IMG/VR virus record: IMGVR_UViG_3300032213_003144 | Location: 64,001 to 128,000 of that record | Strand: one strand, 5' to 3' | DNA: 64,000 nucleotides | From: a virus | Shown: piece after piece, positions 1 through 9,799 of the stretch | Layout of the letters: every line of letters begins with the position of its first letter | Numbering within the stretch: position 1 is the stretch's first letter | Program-made: the position numbers and the translations under genes | The notes under the pieces: model-generated | The model's database searches: none | Told to the model about the DNA's origin: nothing | What the model saw: the letters and a program-made list of their open reading frames with translations, nothing else

Positions 1-25
1 CTATTAATGGAAATGGCTGTAATGG

Positions 26-781
26 ATGAGCAAAAATAAACATTTATATTTTTTGCATATACCAAAGACGTCTGGAACAAAGATGCAGCACGACATACTC
101 GCTGCATCAAAAAGTATAAATAAAGCAAAAGTTTACATACCAGGTGACTTCGAGTTTGTATTTAATCCAGAAATAGCCAATTCGTACAATATAATTTGCG
201 GGCACTTCGCTCGCAATCCGATAGATGTTATCAATGGACTTACGACCTTCTCGATGATAAGGGAGCCATTTGACCAGTATTTAAGTTTGGCTAAATACGC
301 AGCCGCACAATCCGGTGTTAAGTTTAGTGAAGAATTTTTAGATTTATTCCTTAGTAATGACAATGAATTCAACACACAGTTCGAAGGTATGTCTGGATGC
401 GACAACCCTCAGTCTTGTTTTTTATTTTCAAAAATTGCATGTATTGAACATCAATCACCCGTAGATTCGTATGGTAATTTACCTGAATCAAAATATCAAT
501 CATTTTTTGTGGAAAAGCCAACGTCTTATTCTGAGTTAAGCGAAAGATTGGACGGAATAATGATAGGGACTACAGAAAACAGGGCCCTCCTCGTTGAGAG
601 AGTAAACAATATTCTATTTAATTTATATGGGATTAAAATGGCGCATAGTAATTCGGTAATCAATTCCACGCCGAAGCCGACATTCAAAATAAGCAAAAAA
701 CACAAATCGAAGATACTCGAAAAAACCGAAATAGACATCGAGTTGTACACAAAAATAAAAGAACTAGAAAATGAACTTTAG
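26..781 (+). CDS. Sulfotransferase-family protein (Sulfotransfer_2-like)
   Basis: N-terminal YFLHIPKTSGT (5'-PSB-like), GHF, and FSMIREP (3'-PB-like) motifs. Confidence 0.65.
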   Translation: MSKNKHLYFLHIPKTSGTKMQHDILAASKSINKAKVYIPGDFEFVFNPEIANSYNIICGHFARNPIDVINGLTTFSMIREPFDQYLSLAKYAAAQSGVKFSEEFLDLFLSNDNEFNTQFEGMSGCDNPQSCFLFSKIACIEHQSPVDSYGNLPESKYQSFFVEKPTSYSELSERLDGIMIGTTENRALLVERVNNILFNLYGIKMAHSNSVINSTPKPTFKISKKHKSKILEKTEIDIELYTKIKELENEL

Positions 782-1511
782 AAAACTATATCACCTGCAC
801 ATACCAAGGACATCTGGGTTTGGAATTGCTAATGCATTAGAGAAAACATTTTCCAAGCAGGGTTTTGGTCTCCACAAACCAACACAAGATGTAATTTTTT
901 CCGAAGAGTCATATACTCACTTTCCATACGTATCTGGTCATTTTGCAAAAAATCCGATTGCAAATAATGCAGACGCTTTTGAAGTTTTTTCAATAGTCAG
1001 AGACCCAGTGGAACACTACGTGAGCATTGCCGCACATGTCTCCGAAAGCACCGATTTTGAAATGTCAAACGAATTCATGGACGATTTCATGTATGGAAAT
1101 GTAACCCCTTTTGGGGCCAACGAACTATTCTCAAATTCGGGGAATATACAGTCAAAAATGCTATTTTGCAGGATTGCTTTTGTGGATAAGTCTTTTGTTT
1201 CGCTCAGAGATAGTGATGTTGTAAACGAGAAAAATATGGTTTTTATAGAAAATGACATGCCAAACGAAAATGAAATAAAAGACTTAATTGGTTCCATGAA
1301 TCTATTCGCCCTACCAGATAGGGGGATGGCGATTGATTGGCTCAAAGCAAACGTGCTTAAGTCGCATGGTTTTTCTTTAGATAAATCAATTTATTACATA
1401 ACGAATTGCTCGAAAAAAAACGGGTTTAAACCAGACATAACCCACATAAAGGAAATAAAACGGCGCTCAGAAATAGACGAATACCTATATAGGTTAGTAA
1501 AAGAACGATAA
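771..1511 (+). CDS. Sulfotransferase-family protein, paralog of the upstream gene
   Basis: YHLHIPRTSG, SGHF, FSIVRDP; shares the GHFAxNPI and E(I)DxxLY motifs with 26..781. Confidence 0.65.
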   Translation: MNFRKLYHLHIPRTSGFGIANALEKTFSKQGFGLHKPTQDVIFSEESYTHFPYVSGHFAKNPIANNADAFEVFSIVRDPVEHYVSIAAHVSESTDFEMSNEFMDDFMYGNVTPFGANELFSNSGNIQSKMLFCRIAFVDKSFVSLRDSDVVNEKNMVFIENDMPNENEIKDLIGSMNLFALPDRGMAIDWLKANVLKSHGFSLDKSIYYITNCSKKNGFKPDITHIKEIKRRSEIDEYLYRLVKER

Positions 1512-1529
1512 TTTGATAGTGTTGCAAGT

Positions 1530-2156
1530 ATGTCGCCAACCGAAAAATCACCATGGAATATACAGCCAGGACACTTTGGGGATGGTCCAGAGAACATACA
1601 CGTCTTTGAAAATTTTATAGATGAAGAAGATTTAAGGGTTGTTCAAGATTTCTGCCCAACAATAAACGAGTGGAATAACTCAAAAGAGAGCGTTTACGCC
1701 GAAGATGGAACATGCCTTTATAACGCTGATTACTGGAATGACAGGCAATGCAGCAGTGATATTCTACAAAGACTCTCCATGCCGGTTTTTAAAATAATTG
1801 ATAAATATATTACAAAGATGCAGTTAGAGCTTGAGAGAATCTACGACCTACGGTTATCTCCACGCCCACCGGTCATCATGAAGTGGAGGCCAGGAATTGA
1901 ACAGCGGCCTCACGCCGACAAGCAACTCAATAATGGTGAACCAAATGCATTCGTTGACTACGATTTGAATTCTTTGTTTTACTACAACGACGATTTTGAA
2001 GGCGGAGAACTTTATTACCCGCAACACGACTTGACCATAAAACCGAAACCCGGATTGGCTATTGCTCACCCAGGAGACGTTAATTATTTACATGGAGTCA
2101 CCTTGGTTACCAAGGGGTATAGGTACACAACACCATCGTTTTACACTGTGCTGTAA
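1530..2156 (+). CDS. 2OG-Fe(II) oxygenase, prolyl-4-hydroxylase-like
   Basis: HAD...YYNDDFEGGELYY...HGV...RY facial-triad pattern. Confidence 0.85.
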   Translation: MSPTEKSPWNIQPGHFGDGPENIHVFENFIDEEDLRVVQDFCPTINEWNNSKESVYAEDGTCLYNADYWNDRQCSSDILQRLSMPVFKIIDKYITKMQLELERIYDLRLSPRPPVIMKWRPGIEQRPHADKQLNNGEPNAFVDYDLNSLFYYNDDFEGGELYYPQHDLTIKPKPGLAIAHPGDVNYLHGVTLVTKGYRYTTPSFYTVL

Positions 2157-2159
2157 GCA

Positions 2160-2687
2160 ATGATTTTAATTCAAAAGAATTTTATAAAACCAAAAGAATC
2201 TGACCTAATCCTTGATTCGATTAAGGAGATAGGTTTGCCGCCCAACCTTGCAGAAGATGACCACTCAACCGGCTATTACAGCAAATCCGCCTTACTAGAG
2301 TCCGACGTCTTCGCATACGGAATATTCAATGAGGTATGCGAGCGAGTTTTGGGTTTAGCAGAAAAAGTATTTGATTTAAGCCTAGAACTAGACCAAGCCA
2401 CCCTCATTAAGGTCATTCCTGGAAATATAAGCGAAGAACACGCGGATAGTCAAAACCTTGACGGAACCCCCAAAACGGGCTGTAGTAATTTTCGTATTTC
2501 GGCAGTTGCGTACCTAAATGATGATTTCACTGGTGGGGACCTAGTTTTCCCGACAATGGAACACAGATACAAACCAGTCCCAGGGGATTGTGTAATATTC
2601 CCAAGTCATTTACAATATAGCCACTATGTGGATAGCGTCTTTAGCGGGGAACGAATAAGTTTGGCAATGTGGTTCTCCGGAGTATGA
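2160..2687 (+). CDS. 2OG-Fe(II) oxygenase
   Basis: HAD...YLNDDFTGGDLVF...FPS...HYV...GER. Confidence 0.85.
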   Translation: MILIQKNFIKPKESDLILDSIKEIGLPPNLAEDDHSTGYYSKSALLESDVFAYGIFNEVCERVLGLAEKVFDLSLELDQATLIKVIPGNISEEHADSQNLDGTPKTGCSNFRISAVAYLNDDFTGGDLVFPTMEHRYKPVPGDCVIFPSHLQYSHYVDSVFSGERISLAMWFSGV

Positions 2688-2694
2688 TGAGACA

Positions 2695-3426
2695 ATGAGA
2701 AACATTGATGTCGAGTACATAGGTGACCCCAAAGCTGGGTTTTTGGTTTATAGAAACATACTTACCGAAGACCTTAGAATTCCAGAACGCCTAGAAGCAA
2801 CAATAGGCGACAGCACCACTCCTCCTTATTCGTGGATGCAGGCCCTTGTCGGTGATGGTCAAGTAATGAAGGATTACAGGGATTGCGTTGACTGCAAGAT
2901 GAGCCCGGCACATTTTCAAAACTGTCCAGAGCAATACTCAGAACTCATCAACATATACAACGACACTGTCGTTGGATTGACTGCTTGCTTGCAAGATTAC
3001 GAATCCAGGTACAACATACGTATGGACTTCATGGAAGCAATCAACTACGTCCGATACAACGAGGGTCAGCACTTCAATGTTCACGCCGACCACGGTTTTT
3101 CATACGTCTGCACCGTGTCTTCGGTCATGTATCTTAACGATGATTACGACGGCGGCGAGCTTTGGTTTCCGTACTTAGATGTTACGTTTAAGCCTAAATA
3201 CGGAGACATAGTTTTATTTCCGTCAACATTCATCTATTCTCATGCATCCAAACCTGTCACCAGGGGAACCAAGTATGCAGCTGTAACCATGTTTGACTAC
3301 AACGACAGGTTCCATAAACAGTGGAAGGGCTACGGCAAGAACATAGACGGAACCGACGCTGAATACGGACCCGGAATCGTTAGCCCAACGGCAAACCAAG
3401 TCGAAAGATTTGTATTCAAAAAATGA
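2695..3426 (+). CDS. 2OG-Fe(II) oxygenase, prolyl-4-hydroxylase-like
   Basis: RY..GQHF.VHAD...YLNDDYDGGEL...FPS...H..KPVT.GTKY (Lys 2OG ligand as in P4H). Confidence 0.85.
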   Translation: MRNIDVEYIGDPKAGFLVYRNILTEDLRIPERLEATIGDSTTPPYSWMQALVGDGQVMKDYRDCVDCKMSPAHFQNCPEQYSELINIYNDTVVGLTACLQDYESRYNIRMDFMEAINYVRYNEGQHFNVHADHGFSYVCTVSSVMYLNDDYDGGELWFPYLDVTFKPKYGDIVLFPSTFIYSHASKPVTRGTKYAAVTMFDYNDRFHKQWKGYGKNIDGTDAEYGPGIVSPTANQVERFVFKK

Positions 3427-4124
3427 CAAAATTATTTCTTAAACAAACACATCAGAGCCCACCACTCATACAACAGTCGAGGATTAAGCGTGACTGGATG
3501 GACGCTACTTATAATAAACACGCCTATCAATGTCTTCCAATGACGGTAGCCAATGTGTATGGATGGGAGTTGATTCTCGAAGAGGACCTAGTTGTTCAAT
3601 GGGATGGCGGGAATACTCCACCGACAATTATCTCTGGGGAGACGACCTCCTCTGGTCGGGTTCAGGCAATATCTTCGATAATCGGAATGATTTCAATAAA
3701 TATGGGCTGGGTAATAAATACAGAAGAGGGATACAACACCTGGATTTCTGGTTCGCCGAATTACTTCTTGGACGGAGCGGTTCCATTAACTGCAACAATT
3801 CCTAGTCATTGGTGGCCAGACGAATCCCAGATGAATTGGAAGATAACCAAAATTGGAGAGCCGGTAACATTTGCGGCGGGAACCCCATTTTGTTTTTTTA
3901 ATATCTACGACAACTCGATACTCGAGAATGTTGAGATTGTTCGGTCAAGTCTTTGGAGCGACCCTGAGCTCGTTGCGTCTCGCATGAAATACGGGGAAAT
4001 GAAGGCAAAAAATAATGTTGAAAAGCCGTGGACGTGGACAAAAGGTATTCGTACAGGTCTTGACGCGGACGGTAAACAAATAGGGCCTACATTCACTGGT
4101 CTGCCAAAACTAGCCAATCCATAG
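3423..4124 (+). CDS. DUF6065-like protein
   Basis: RDWMD...HAYQCLPMTVAN.YGW...GSPNY...MNWKIT...PFCF pattern; family commonly found beside phage 2OG oxygenases. Confidence 0.7.
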   Translation: MTKLFLKQTHQSPPLIQQSRIKRDWMDATYNKHAYQCLPMTVANVYGWELILEEDLVVQWDGGNTPPTIISGETTSSGRVQAISSIIGMISINMGWVINTEEGYNTWISGSPNYFLDGAVPLTATIPSHWWPDESQMNWKITKIGEPVTFAAGTPFCFFNIYDNSILENVEIVRSSLWSDPELVASRMKYGEMKAKNNVEKPWTWTKGIRTGLDADGKQIGPTFTGLPKLANP

Positions 4125-4169
4125 TGTAAAATATGGGTACTTGTCCAAAACTAGTACGACGGAGCAAAC

Positions 4170-4406
4170 ATGAAATTCGAGTCTTCATTTTCAACGCAAG
4201 AGAAGAAACTTATATATCAGCGCACGCTCAAAGACCTGGAAAGACAGCTCATGGAGAGACTTCTTCAAGAGGGCTTTGACCCAGAGACATTTGATGCCGC
4301 AACGTTTGTCCCAAGTAACGACAGCCACGGCATGATTCAGGGACATAGATTTATTCTTGATTTCTTGGCAAAAATAGGAACTGTCAAATCAAGACTGGAA
4401 GAGTAG
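4170..4406 (+). CDS. Small hypothetical protein (GFDP motif)
   Basis: GGAG RBS upstream; TAAAAT -10 box near 4128. Confidence 0.6.
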   Translation: MKFESSFSTQEKKLIYQRTLKDLERQLMERLLQEGFDPETFDAATFVPSNDSHGMIQGHRFILDFLAKIGTVKSRLEE

Positions 4407-4415
4407 TATCCACTT

Positions 4416-4649
4416 ATGGCACTTTCTGCAGGACAACTAGCCAAAGCAAAGGCTGAAGCGATTCAAATTCTTGAGTACTCAATCTACACCCTTGCTTTTT
4501 CTCTTGGTATTCAAGACGAAGACCTTCTACCAGACATGGAAAATCCTATAGACATGTCATTGGCGGAGAATAGTTCTCTCGCTGCACAGTACGATGCATA
4601 CGAATGTCTCAAACTGCAATTGGCGGCCCTGGCAAGATTACAGAGTTAG
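4416..4649 (+). CDS. Small hypothetical helical protein
   Basis: Tightly packed ORF in operon. Confidence 0.6.
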   Translation: MALSAGQLAKAKAEAIQILEYSIYTLAFSLGIQDEDLLPDMENPIDMSLAENSSLAAQYDAYECLKLQLAALARLQS

Positions 4650-4658
4650 CAGGTTGTT

Positions 4659-4970
4659 GTGAGGATAACTCCAGATATTCCGGCAACAATTTCAATTGTA
4701 GAAACTGCCATGGAATCAGGAAGATACGAAATATGTCCTGACATTGAGCCTGAATACCCAAATATTCAGGAGCCAATGCAAAACCCAAACAGAGATAGTC
4801 AGGTCCCTCGTTGGAATCCTAGGTTATTTTCTTTTGAGCTTCCAGATGGGGCTGCATTTTTTTGTGACTTACTTCAATCAAGTGATGCTCAATCACCATG
4901 GGAATCAACACATCAGGGTGATTTTACGAAAAATGAAACAGTAGAGGAGGCTTTCCAGGATGAGAACTAG
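4659..4970 (+). CDS. Hypothetical protein
   Basis: GTG start, tight packing. Confidence 0.5.
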   Translation: MRITPDIPATISIVETAMESGRYEICPDIEPEYPNIQEPMQNPNRDSQVPRWNPRLFSFELPDGAAFFCDLLQSSDAQSPWESTHQGDFTKNETVEEAFQDEN

Positions 4971-5283
4971 AAGTATTGGCGAGGGAAACCTTTATAACGC
5001 TGAATCAGACATGTCGTACCATGAGCAAAAATTAGCTGTTACTTCATATTTAGTTGGGTTTGACCCATCAGACATTGATTCAATGAGAATCGACTATGCC
5101 GTTGTTAAACTGCGAAAACTATGGAACTACTCCAGCGATGTGCGCGGAGACGTCGCTAATTCAACATTTTCTTCAAACAAGATTCATACGTTTTTATCAA
5201 AACAAAATGTCGCGCTAACAGAAGGTGCAAGATACGCGTACTGGAATTACTGTCTTGCAAGGGGTGTGAAAAATGGACAATAG
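4960..5283 (+). CDS. Hypothetical protein (GFDP motif)
   Basis: GAGGAGG upstream; overlaps neighbours by 11 nt. Confidence 0.55.
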   Translation: MRTRSIGEGNLYNAESDMSYHEQKLAVTSYLVGFDPSDIDSMRIDYAVVKLRKLWNYSSDVRGDVANSTFSSNKIHTFLSKQNVALTEGARYAYWNYCLARGVKNGQ

Positions 5284-6031
5284 ACAACTAAGAACAGCTA
5301 TGGCCTCCAGGCTGATTGGGAAAAACCCAATTGAGTCAATTTTCCCCGACAGCACAGAGGAAATACTTTCTCTAATATCAGAAATGGCATCAAATGTCAC
5401 CGAATGGAGAAAGAGCGTAGAAGGACTTACTATGAGTATTGCCGCCCGAGGCGGTAGTGATGGGTGCTGGTACATAGACCTTATTGCAAATTTTCAAACC
5501 GGATTCAAGGAACTTCTTGCAAGGTCCGATGATGCCCTGGCTAGTTACGCCTTTGCAAAATTACCTCAAAAAGCTTTATTTTTTACCCCAGACGCAATGA
5601 CAACAATGTATTCGCTTAAACACGAACATCCAGAAACAGAAATACATTTTGTTAATACCCAGTCGCTTTACAATTATGAAACGTTTGCAAGAGATTCATC
5701 GGTTGTCGGGGGACCAGATTCCTATAGAGACATCGATTACAGTGTTGTCGAAAGAGACGAGATTGGTTCTGGAGATGCTTCAGGTTATGATTTCATCCAG
5801 GTGGCAGCGTGGGATGCAGTTTACGATTTAGAAATACTCAACAAGTGTGTTGATGCTCTATCCAGTAATGGAATTCTCTACGTAATGTCAACTAATCATT
5901 CAGGAAAGATTTATAGAGACGATGCAAAAATGCATCCATACTACGGTGCTCACGAATTGTTGAATAGCAAAGATGGCTATACGTATCACAACTCAGACAC
6001 ATATGGGTTCACGGTATTTACTAAAAAATAA
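5273..6031 (+). CDS. Class I SAM-methyltransferase-like protein (degenerate)
   Basis: YDFIQV...LSSNGILYV resembles Rossmann MTase strands 4-5; canonical motif I not evident. Confidence 0.4.
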   Translation: MDNRQLRTAMASRLIGKNPIESIFPDSTEEILSLISEMASNVTEWRKSVEGLTMSIAARGGSDGCWYIDLIANFQTGFKELLARSDDALASYAFAKLPQKALFFTPDAMTTMYSLKHEHPETEIHFVNTQSLYNYETFARDSSVVGGPDSYRDIDYSVVERDEIGSGDASGYDFIQVAAWDAVYDLEILNKCVDALSSNGILYVMSTNHSGKIYRDDAKMHPYYGAHELLNSKDGYTYHNSDTYGFTVFTKK

Positions 6032-6036
6032 CGTTT

Positions 6037-7161
6037 CTACCTACAGGTATATCTTTCAAAGTCCATACCCTTGCGACGCATTACGTACTGCCAGAGATTA
6101 AATTTTCTAGACATAAATGCGCCCATGCATGACAAAAGGTAGAACTCCCACATTTTTCTAAATCGCTCGTCATAATTTGGGAGGTTTTCCCAATTTGATG
6201 TTACGTTTTTGTACCATTCCGCCAGAGTTTTTGAATAGTCCATGCCAAAGTTGTGCACATCTTCAATCACCCAATTTGGTTCTGCTGCTGCGGTGAATTG
6301 CGAAACCGATGGAAGGATTCCGCCAGGGAATATATATCTGTCATAGAACGGGTCAGCATCATGTCGTGCTCGAGTTGAGCCAATAAGGTGATGAACCATT
6401 ATTCCCTTGGGTTCTAATTGCTCATCACACTTATCAAAAAATAGTTTTAGATTTTTGGGCCCGACATGTTCCATCATTCCAATTGAAACAATCCGGTCAA
6501 ATTTGCCGAACTGTCCATCAAGGTCCTGGTATGTGAGTTGATGAATTTCAATCCCAAGGGGCTCGCATCTCTTGGTCGCGGTAGATATTTGCTTATCCAC
6601 AGGGGTAATCCCAACTCCAGTGATACCATACTTTTTTGCCGCATATTCAAGGAACCCACCCCAGCCGCACCCAATGTCCAAAACCCTCATCCCCGGCTTT
6701 AATTTTAGTTTTTTACAAATAAGGTCCATCTTCGCAATTTGTGCATCTTCCAAATTGTCTGCTTTTTGCCAATAGCCACACGAATACATCATGTAGTCAT
6801 CAAGCATCAGCTCAAAAAGGTCATTGCCAATCCCATAATGGAACTCCGCATTTTTTGGTGAACGACTTCTGTTCTGACGGTTAGCAATTCTTGACCATGC
6901 AGCCGCAATCGCAATACTTGGGCTCATCGGTATTTGTTTGGCCAAATCAATATTGGTAAAACGCGTAAGCATTTCGTCAACCTTTTCACACGACCACCAA
7001 CCATCCACGTAACCCTCTGCTAACCCAAGTAGTCTCTGGTCCATAAGCCTGTCCCATATACGTTCATCGTGGACTTGTATTGAGTACGGCTCGGGTCCGT
7101 TGATTGGGATTCCGGCCTGTGCGAATAGTTTTGTAAAGAGTTTGGATGATTTTTTTGACAT
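6037..7161 (-). CDS. cfa: Cyclopropane-fatty-acyl-phospholipid synthase
   Basis: LGLAEGYVDGWW, HYGIGNDLF..MLD..M.YSCGYW, VLDIGCGWG, FDRIVSIGMMEHVG, YIFPGG, RFRKMWEFYL; start placed at ATG 7161 from the promoter geometry. Confidence 0.92.
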   Translation of the reverse strand: MSKKSSKLFTKLFAQAGIPINGPEPYSIQVHDERIWDRLMDQRLLGLAEGYVDGWWSCEKVDEMLTRFTNIDLAKQIPMSPSIAIAAAWSRIANRQNRSRSPKNAEFHYGIGNDLFELMLDDYMMYSCGYWQKADNLEDAQIAKMDLICKKLKLKPGMRVLDIGCGWGGFLEYAAKKYGITGVGITPVDKQISTATKRCEPLGIEIHQLTYQDLDGQFGKFDRIVSIGMMEHVGPKNLKLFFDKCDEQLEPKGIMVHHLIGSTRARHDADPFYDRYIFPGGILPSVSQFTAAAEPNWVIEDVHNFGMDYSKTLAEWYKNVTSNWENLPNYDERFRKMWEFYLLSCMGAFMSRKFNLWQYVMRRKGMDFERYTCR

Positions 7162-7167
7162 ATCCAA

Positions 7168-7222
7168 ATCCTAGCATGGTAGCAAAGCGCAAAAATATTA
7201 AAAACAACCCCTGTGCTATGAT
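7168..7222. promoter_or_regulatory. Back-to-back extended -10 promoters for leaderless mRNAs
   Basis: - strand TGcTAGGAT-6 nt-ATG(7161); + strand TGcTATGAT-6 nt-ATG(7229). Confidence 0.6.
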
Positions 7223-7228
7223 TTTTGT

Positions 7229-7369
7229 ATGTTTGGTCGCATTTTTAATAAAAAATCATGCCTGTTTAGGGACATCACTAAGAAGGATATCCTCATTATC
7301 GCCTTCGGCGCTCCTATCATCGCATTACTGTGCGGACTCGTTAATGAATTAGTGTCCAGACTGATTTGA
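7229..7369 (+). CDS. 46-aa membrane peptide (absent from ORF track)
   Basis: MFGRIFNKKSCLFRDITKKDILIIAFGAPIIALLCGLVNELVSRLI; basic N-terminus plus one hydrophobic helix; promoter 6 nt upstream; ends 10 nt before the next gene. Confidence 0.55.
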   Translation: MFGRIFNKKSCLFRDITKKDILIIAFGAPIIALLCGLVNELVSRLI

Positions 7370-7379
7370 GGACGGCAGA

Positions 7380-8090
7380 ATGAACGCTAATCTTCAGCCA
7401 AAATTCTGGGAAAACATCATCAAGGATGTTCCATCTATCGTTTCTGCAGTAAGTAACTGGCAGGAGATACTTGCCGAATTTGAAAAGCAGATAGAGGACA
7501 CAAAAGCTCTTTGGTTATGGAGCGTGCCGCGTGTGACGATATCAAGAGATGACCTCAAATCACCAAATAACCCTGATGACATAAAGCTTTACAGTGGTGA
7601 AAAATGGAGAATAATGCCGGCTGGGGTGGCTCCCGAATCTGCAGAATTTCTCGGTCTTGGAGAAGAACTGGGTCGCAGGGTGGTGAAGATGAAGACAAAG
7701 ATGCCATATGAAGAGGGACTGAAGAAACTTCAAGAAACACTTCCGTTCACATCGTCCTTATTTGCAGATTACTCAAAACGTGGAGAATTAAACAACGCAG
7801 TGCTGAGCGTTTTGTCTCCGGGGACAATAATAAACCCACACCGCGGCGACCCGACAATCATGAGAATTCATATTGGCCTCAAGTGTGACCCGAATTGTTC
7901 AATCATGGTTGGCAATGATGATGTTGGTTATGAGTCGAGAACCTGGGAACCGGGCGGGGTAGTGGCGTTTAGAGACGGTGGAGATTTCTGCCATTCTGTT
8001 ATTCACAAGGGCAAAGAAGATAGATGGATATTAATGTTTGACATACCAATCGACTACTTAAAGACAGTAGTCGATAATGAGTATTTATGA
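7380..8090 (+). CDS. Aspartyl/asparaginyl beta-hydroxylase-family (AspH/LpxO-like) 2OG oxygenase
   Basis: SVLSPGTIINPHRGD, RIHIGL, WEPG...FRD...HSV.H.G..DRWILMFD. Confidence 0.8.
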   Translation: MNANLQPKFWENIIKDVPSIVSAVSNWQEILAEFEKQIEDTKALWLWSVPRVTISRDDLKSPNNPDDIKLYSGEKWRIMPAGVAPESAEFLGLGEELGRRVVKMKTKMPYEEGLKKLQETLPFTSSLFADYSKRGELNNAVLSVLSPGTIINPHRGDPTIMRIHIGLKCDPNCSIMVGNDDVGYESRTWEPGGVVAFRDGGDFCHSVIHKGKEDRWILMFDIPIDYLKTVVDNEYL

Positions 8091-8944
8091 TTCCCGAAAG
8101 TGAAGCGGCGGAATACGCCAAACAAATATCATCAACCCAATCAGTTTCAATATTGATTTATTCGTTTGCCAGCATTTGTTTGTACATTCTAAATATTGCT
8201 GCGTACCAGAACGATTTATATGGTCTTCTGATAGCTTTGCCTATTAGCGCTATAGTTTCATACTATATTTTTTCCACTGTTCACGAAGCAGTACACAATT
8301 CCGTAGTCCCATCAAATAGAAAAATAAATGACTTAATTGGACGGGTTTTTGCTTTTGTTTTAAATATGGATTTTGCATCATTTAGAAAAATACATCAACA
8401 GCACCATATTCATGCGAATTCTAAGCGCGACCCAGATTCCATATTTGGAGAACAGGGTAAGCGCTCCTATGTCATTACTATGCCAACATTTTTGGTTTTA
8501 TTGCGAATATTCGTTGTGCTCCCAAGAAATATACGAATGAAATTTATTAAGAATTTAAGCGGCAGGACAAAAGTGTTTATTTACTTATACCAAAAAGACA
8601 ATAGTCAATGTCGAGTATATGTAATAAATTTCTACTTGGCACTTATTTCGCTAACCATATTTGGGTTTGATTCCGTGATGATGTTTTGCTATATGTCTTC
8701 AATGCTGGCAATGTTCATTATCTATCCAATGGTAACCTGGTTGCCGCATTTGTCTATTTTTGATAGAGAAGAACACGCTGTCGATAAATATAAAACGACC
8801 AAAATACAAGGGGGCCGACTTAGTCCACTTACCCTATTCCCAATACCTCATCATTTGACCCACCATCTTTACCCCAGTGTTCCTGTTTCAAGACTGAAAA
8901 AGATGTCAAAATTTATACAACCGATGTTGGGTAGTGCCAAGTAA
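8087..8944 (+). CDS. Membrane fatty-acid desaturase/hydroxylase family
   Basis: Three His boxes HEAVH, HQQHH, HHLTHH plus transmembrane segments. Confidence 0.8.
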   Translation: MIPESEAAEYAKQISSTQSVSILIYSFASICLYILNIAAYQNDLYGLLIALPISAIVSYYIFSTVHEAVHNSVVPSNRKINDLIGRVFAFVLNMDFASFRKIHQQHHIHANSKRDPDSIFGEQGKRSYVITMPTFLVLLRIFVVLPRNIRMKFIKNLSGRTKVFIYLYQKDNSQCRVYVINFYLALISLTIFGFDSVMMFCYMSSMLAMFIIYPMVTWLPHLSIFDREEHAVDKYKTTKIQGGRLSPLTLFPIPHHLTHHLYPSVPVSRLKKMSKFIQPMLGSAK

Positions 8945-9131
8945 TATGAACGACCGTGAGTTGGCAGATATGTTGTATGCTGCTTTTTCTAGAAATGAAA
9001 TAGACGAAGCATATATTCCAAAGCCAGGACAAAAATGCGCACCGCTACAGGACCATGATGTGGTTAGGGACATATTTAGGTGCAAACAAGAGGCACTCGC
9101 TGCATACAGAGAAGCTCGGGGAATAAAATGA
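8934..9131 (+). CDS. Hypothetical protein
   Basis: Fills the gap; ATGA overlap with the next gene. Confidence 0.5.
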   Translation: MPSNMNDRELADMLYAAFSRNEIDEAYIPKPGQKCAPLQDHDVVRDIFRCKQEALAAYREARGIK

Positions 9132-9799
9132 TAGTTAAAGACAATTTTCTCTCACCTGGAATGCTTTCTAATGTTTTTGAAGATAAAACATTTTTTCCAG
9201 GCATCATGCAAGCTGATAGCCGAATAGCAAGTGAGGTCAATTCTTACCACGACGAACAGGCAAGTTGCTATGCGCCGTATATGTTTTGGGATGGATGGTG
9301 GACGTCTCCGGCGGATACTCTTAGGAAAAAGGTAATTAGGAATATATGGGAAAGTAATCTTCAAATCAAGAAAGAAGACATTCTTGGATTTGAGTACTGG
9401 ACGCGCACATTTGGGCCAGGACAATTTCTTGGGCCTCATGTTGATGAAGATACTTTTTTGTATCAAGAAAGCAAAATATACAACGGACCAGAAATTGGTT
9501 GTGTTTACTATGGACCATCCGAGGAAAAAGTTGTTGGTGGCTTTCTTGAGCTATTTGAATCAAAACTTGTATTTGGTGAAGCCAACGCTCTTGAATGGGA
9601 AAATCTAGAAACAAAGCTAGACCCAATTGAACTCCGGGAGAGAATTGCTTTCAAGGAAAATAGATTAATAATATTTGATGCTGGAAGAGTGATTCATCAG
9701 ACCAGCCCATGCGTTTCTGGGGTTAGAAATGTCATGGTTGTAAATGTATGGCTAAAGTCCAATCCACCTGTAGATATGGAAAATTTTGTATATGAATAA
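9128..9799 (+). CDS. 2OG-Fe(II) oxygenase
   Basis: GFEYW, PHVDED, VYY, GG.L, NRLIIFD, H, R..MVVN.W; start moved to ATG 9128. Confidence 0.75.
   Translation: MIVKDNFLSPGMLSNVFEDKTFFPGIMQADSRIASEVNSYHDEQASCYAPYMFWDGWWTSPADTLRKKVIRNIWESNLQIKKEDILGFEYWTRTFGPGQFLGPHVDEDTFLYQESKIYNGPEIGCVYYGPSEEKVVGGFLELFESKLVFGEANALEWENLETKLDPIELRERIAFKENRLIIFDAGRVIHQTSPCVSGVRNVMVVNVWLKSNPPVDMENFVYE

Noticed and set aside
7146-7352. 68-aa + strand ORF in the track
   Set aside because: Overlaps the cfa start and both promoters; the 7229..7369 frame has better promoter geometry and a clean transmembrane helix
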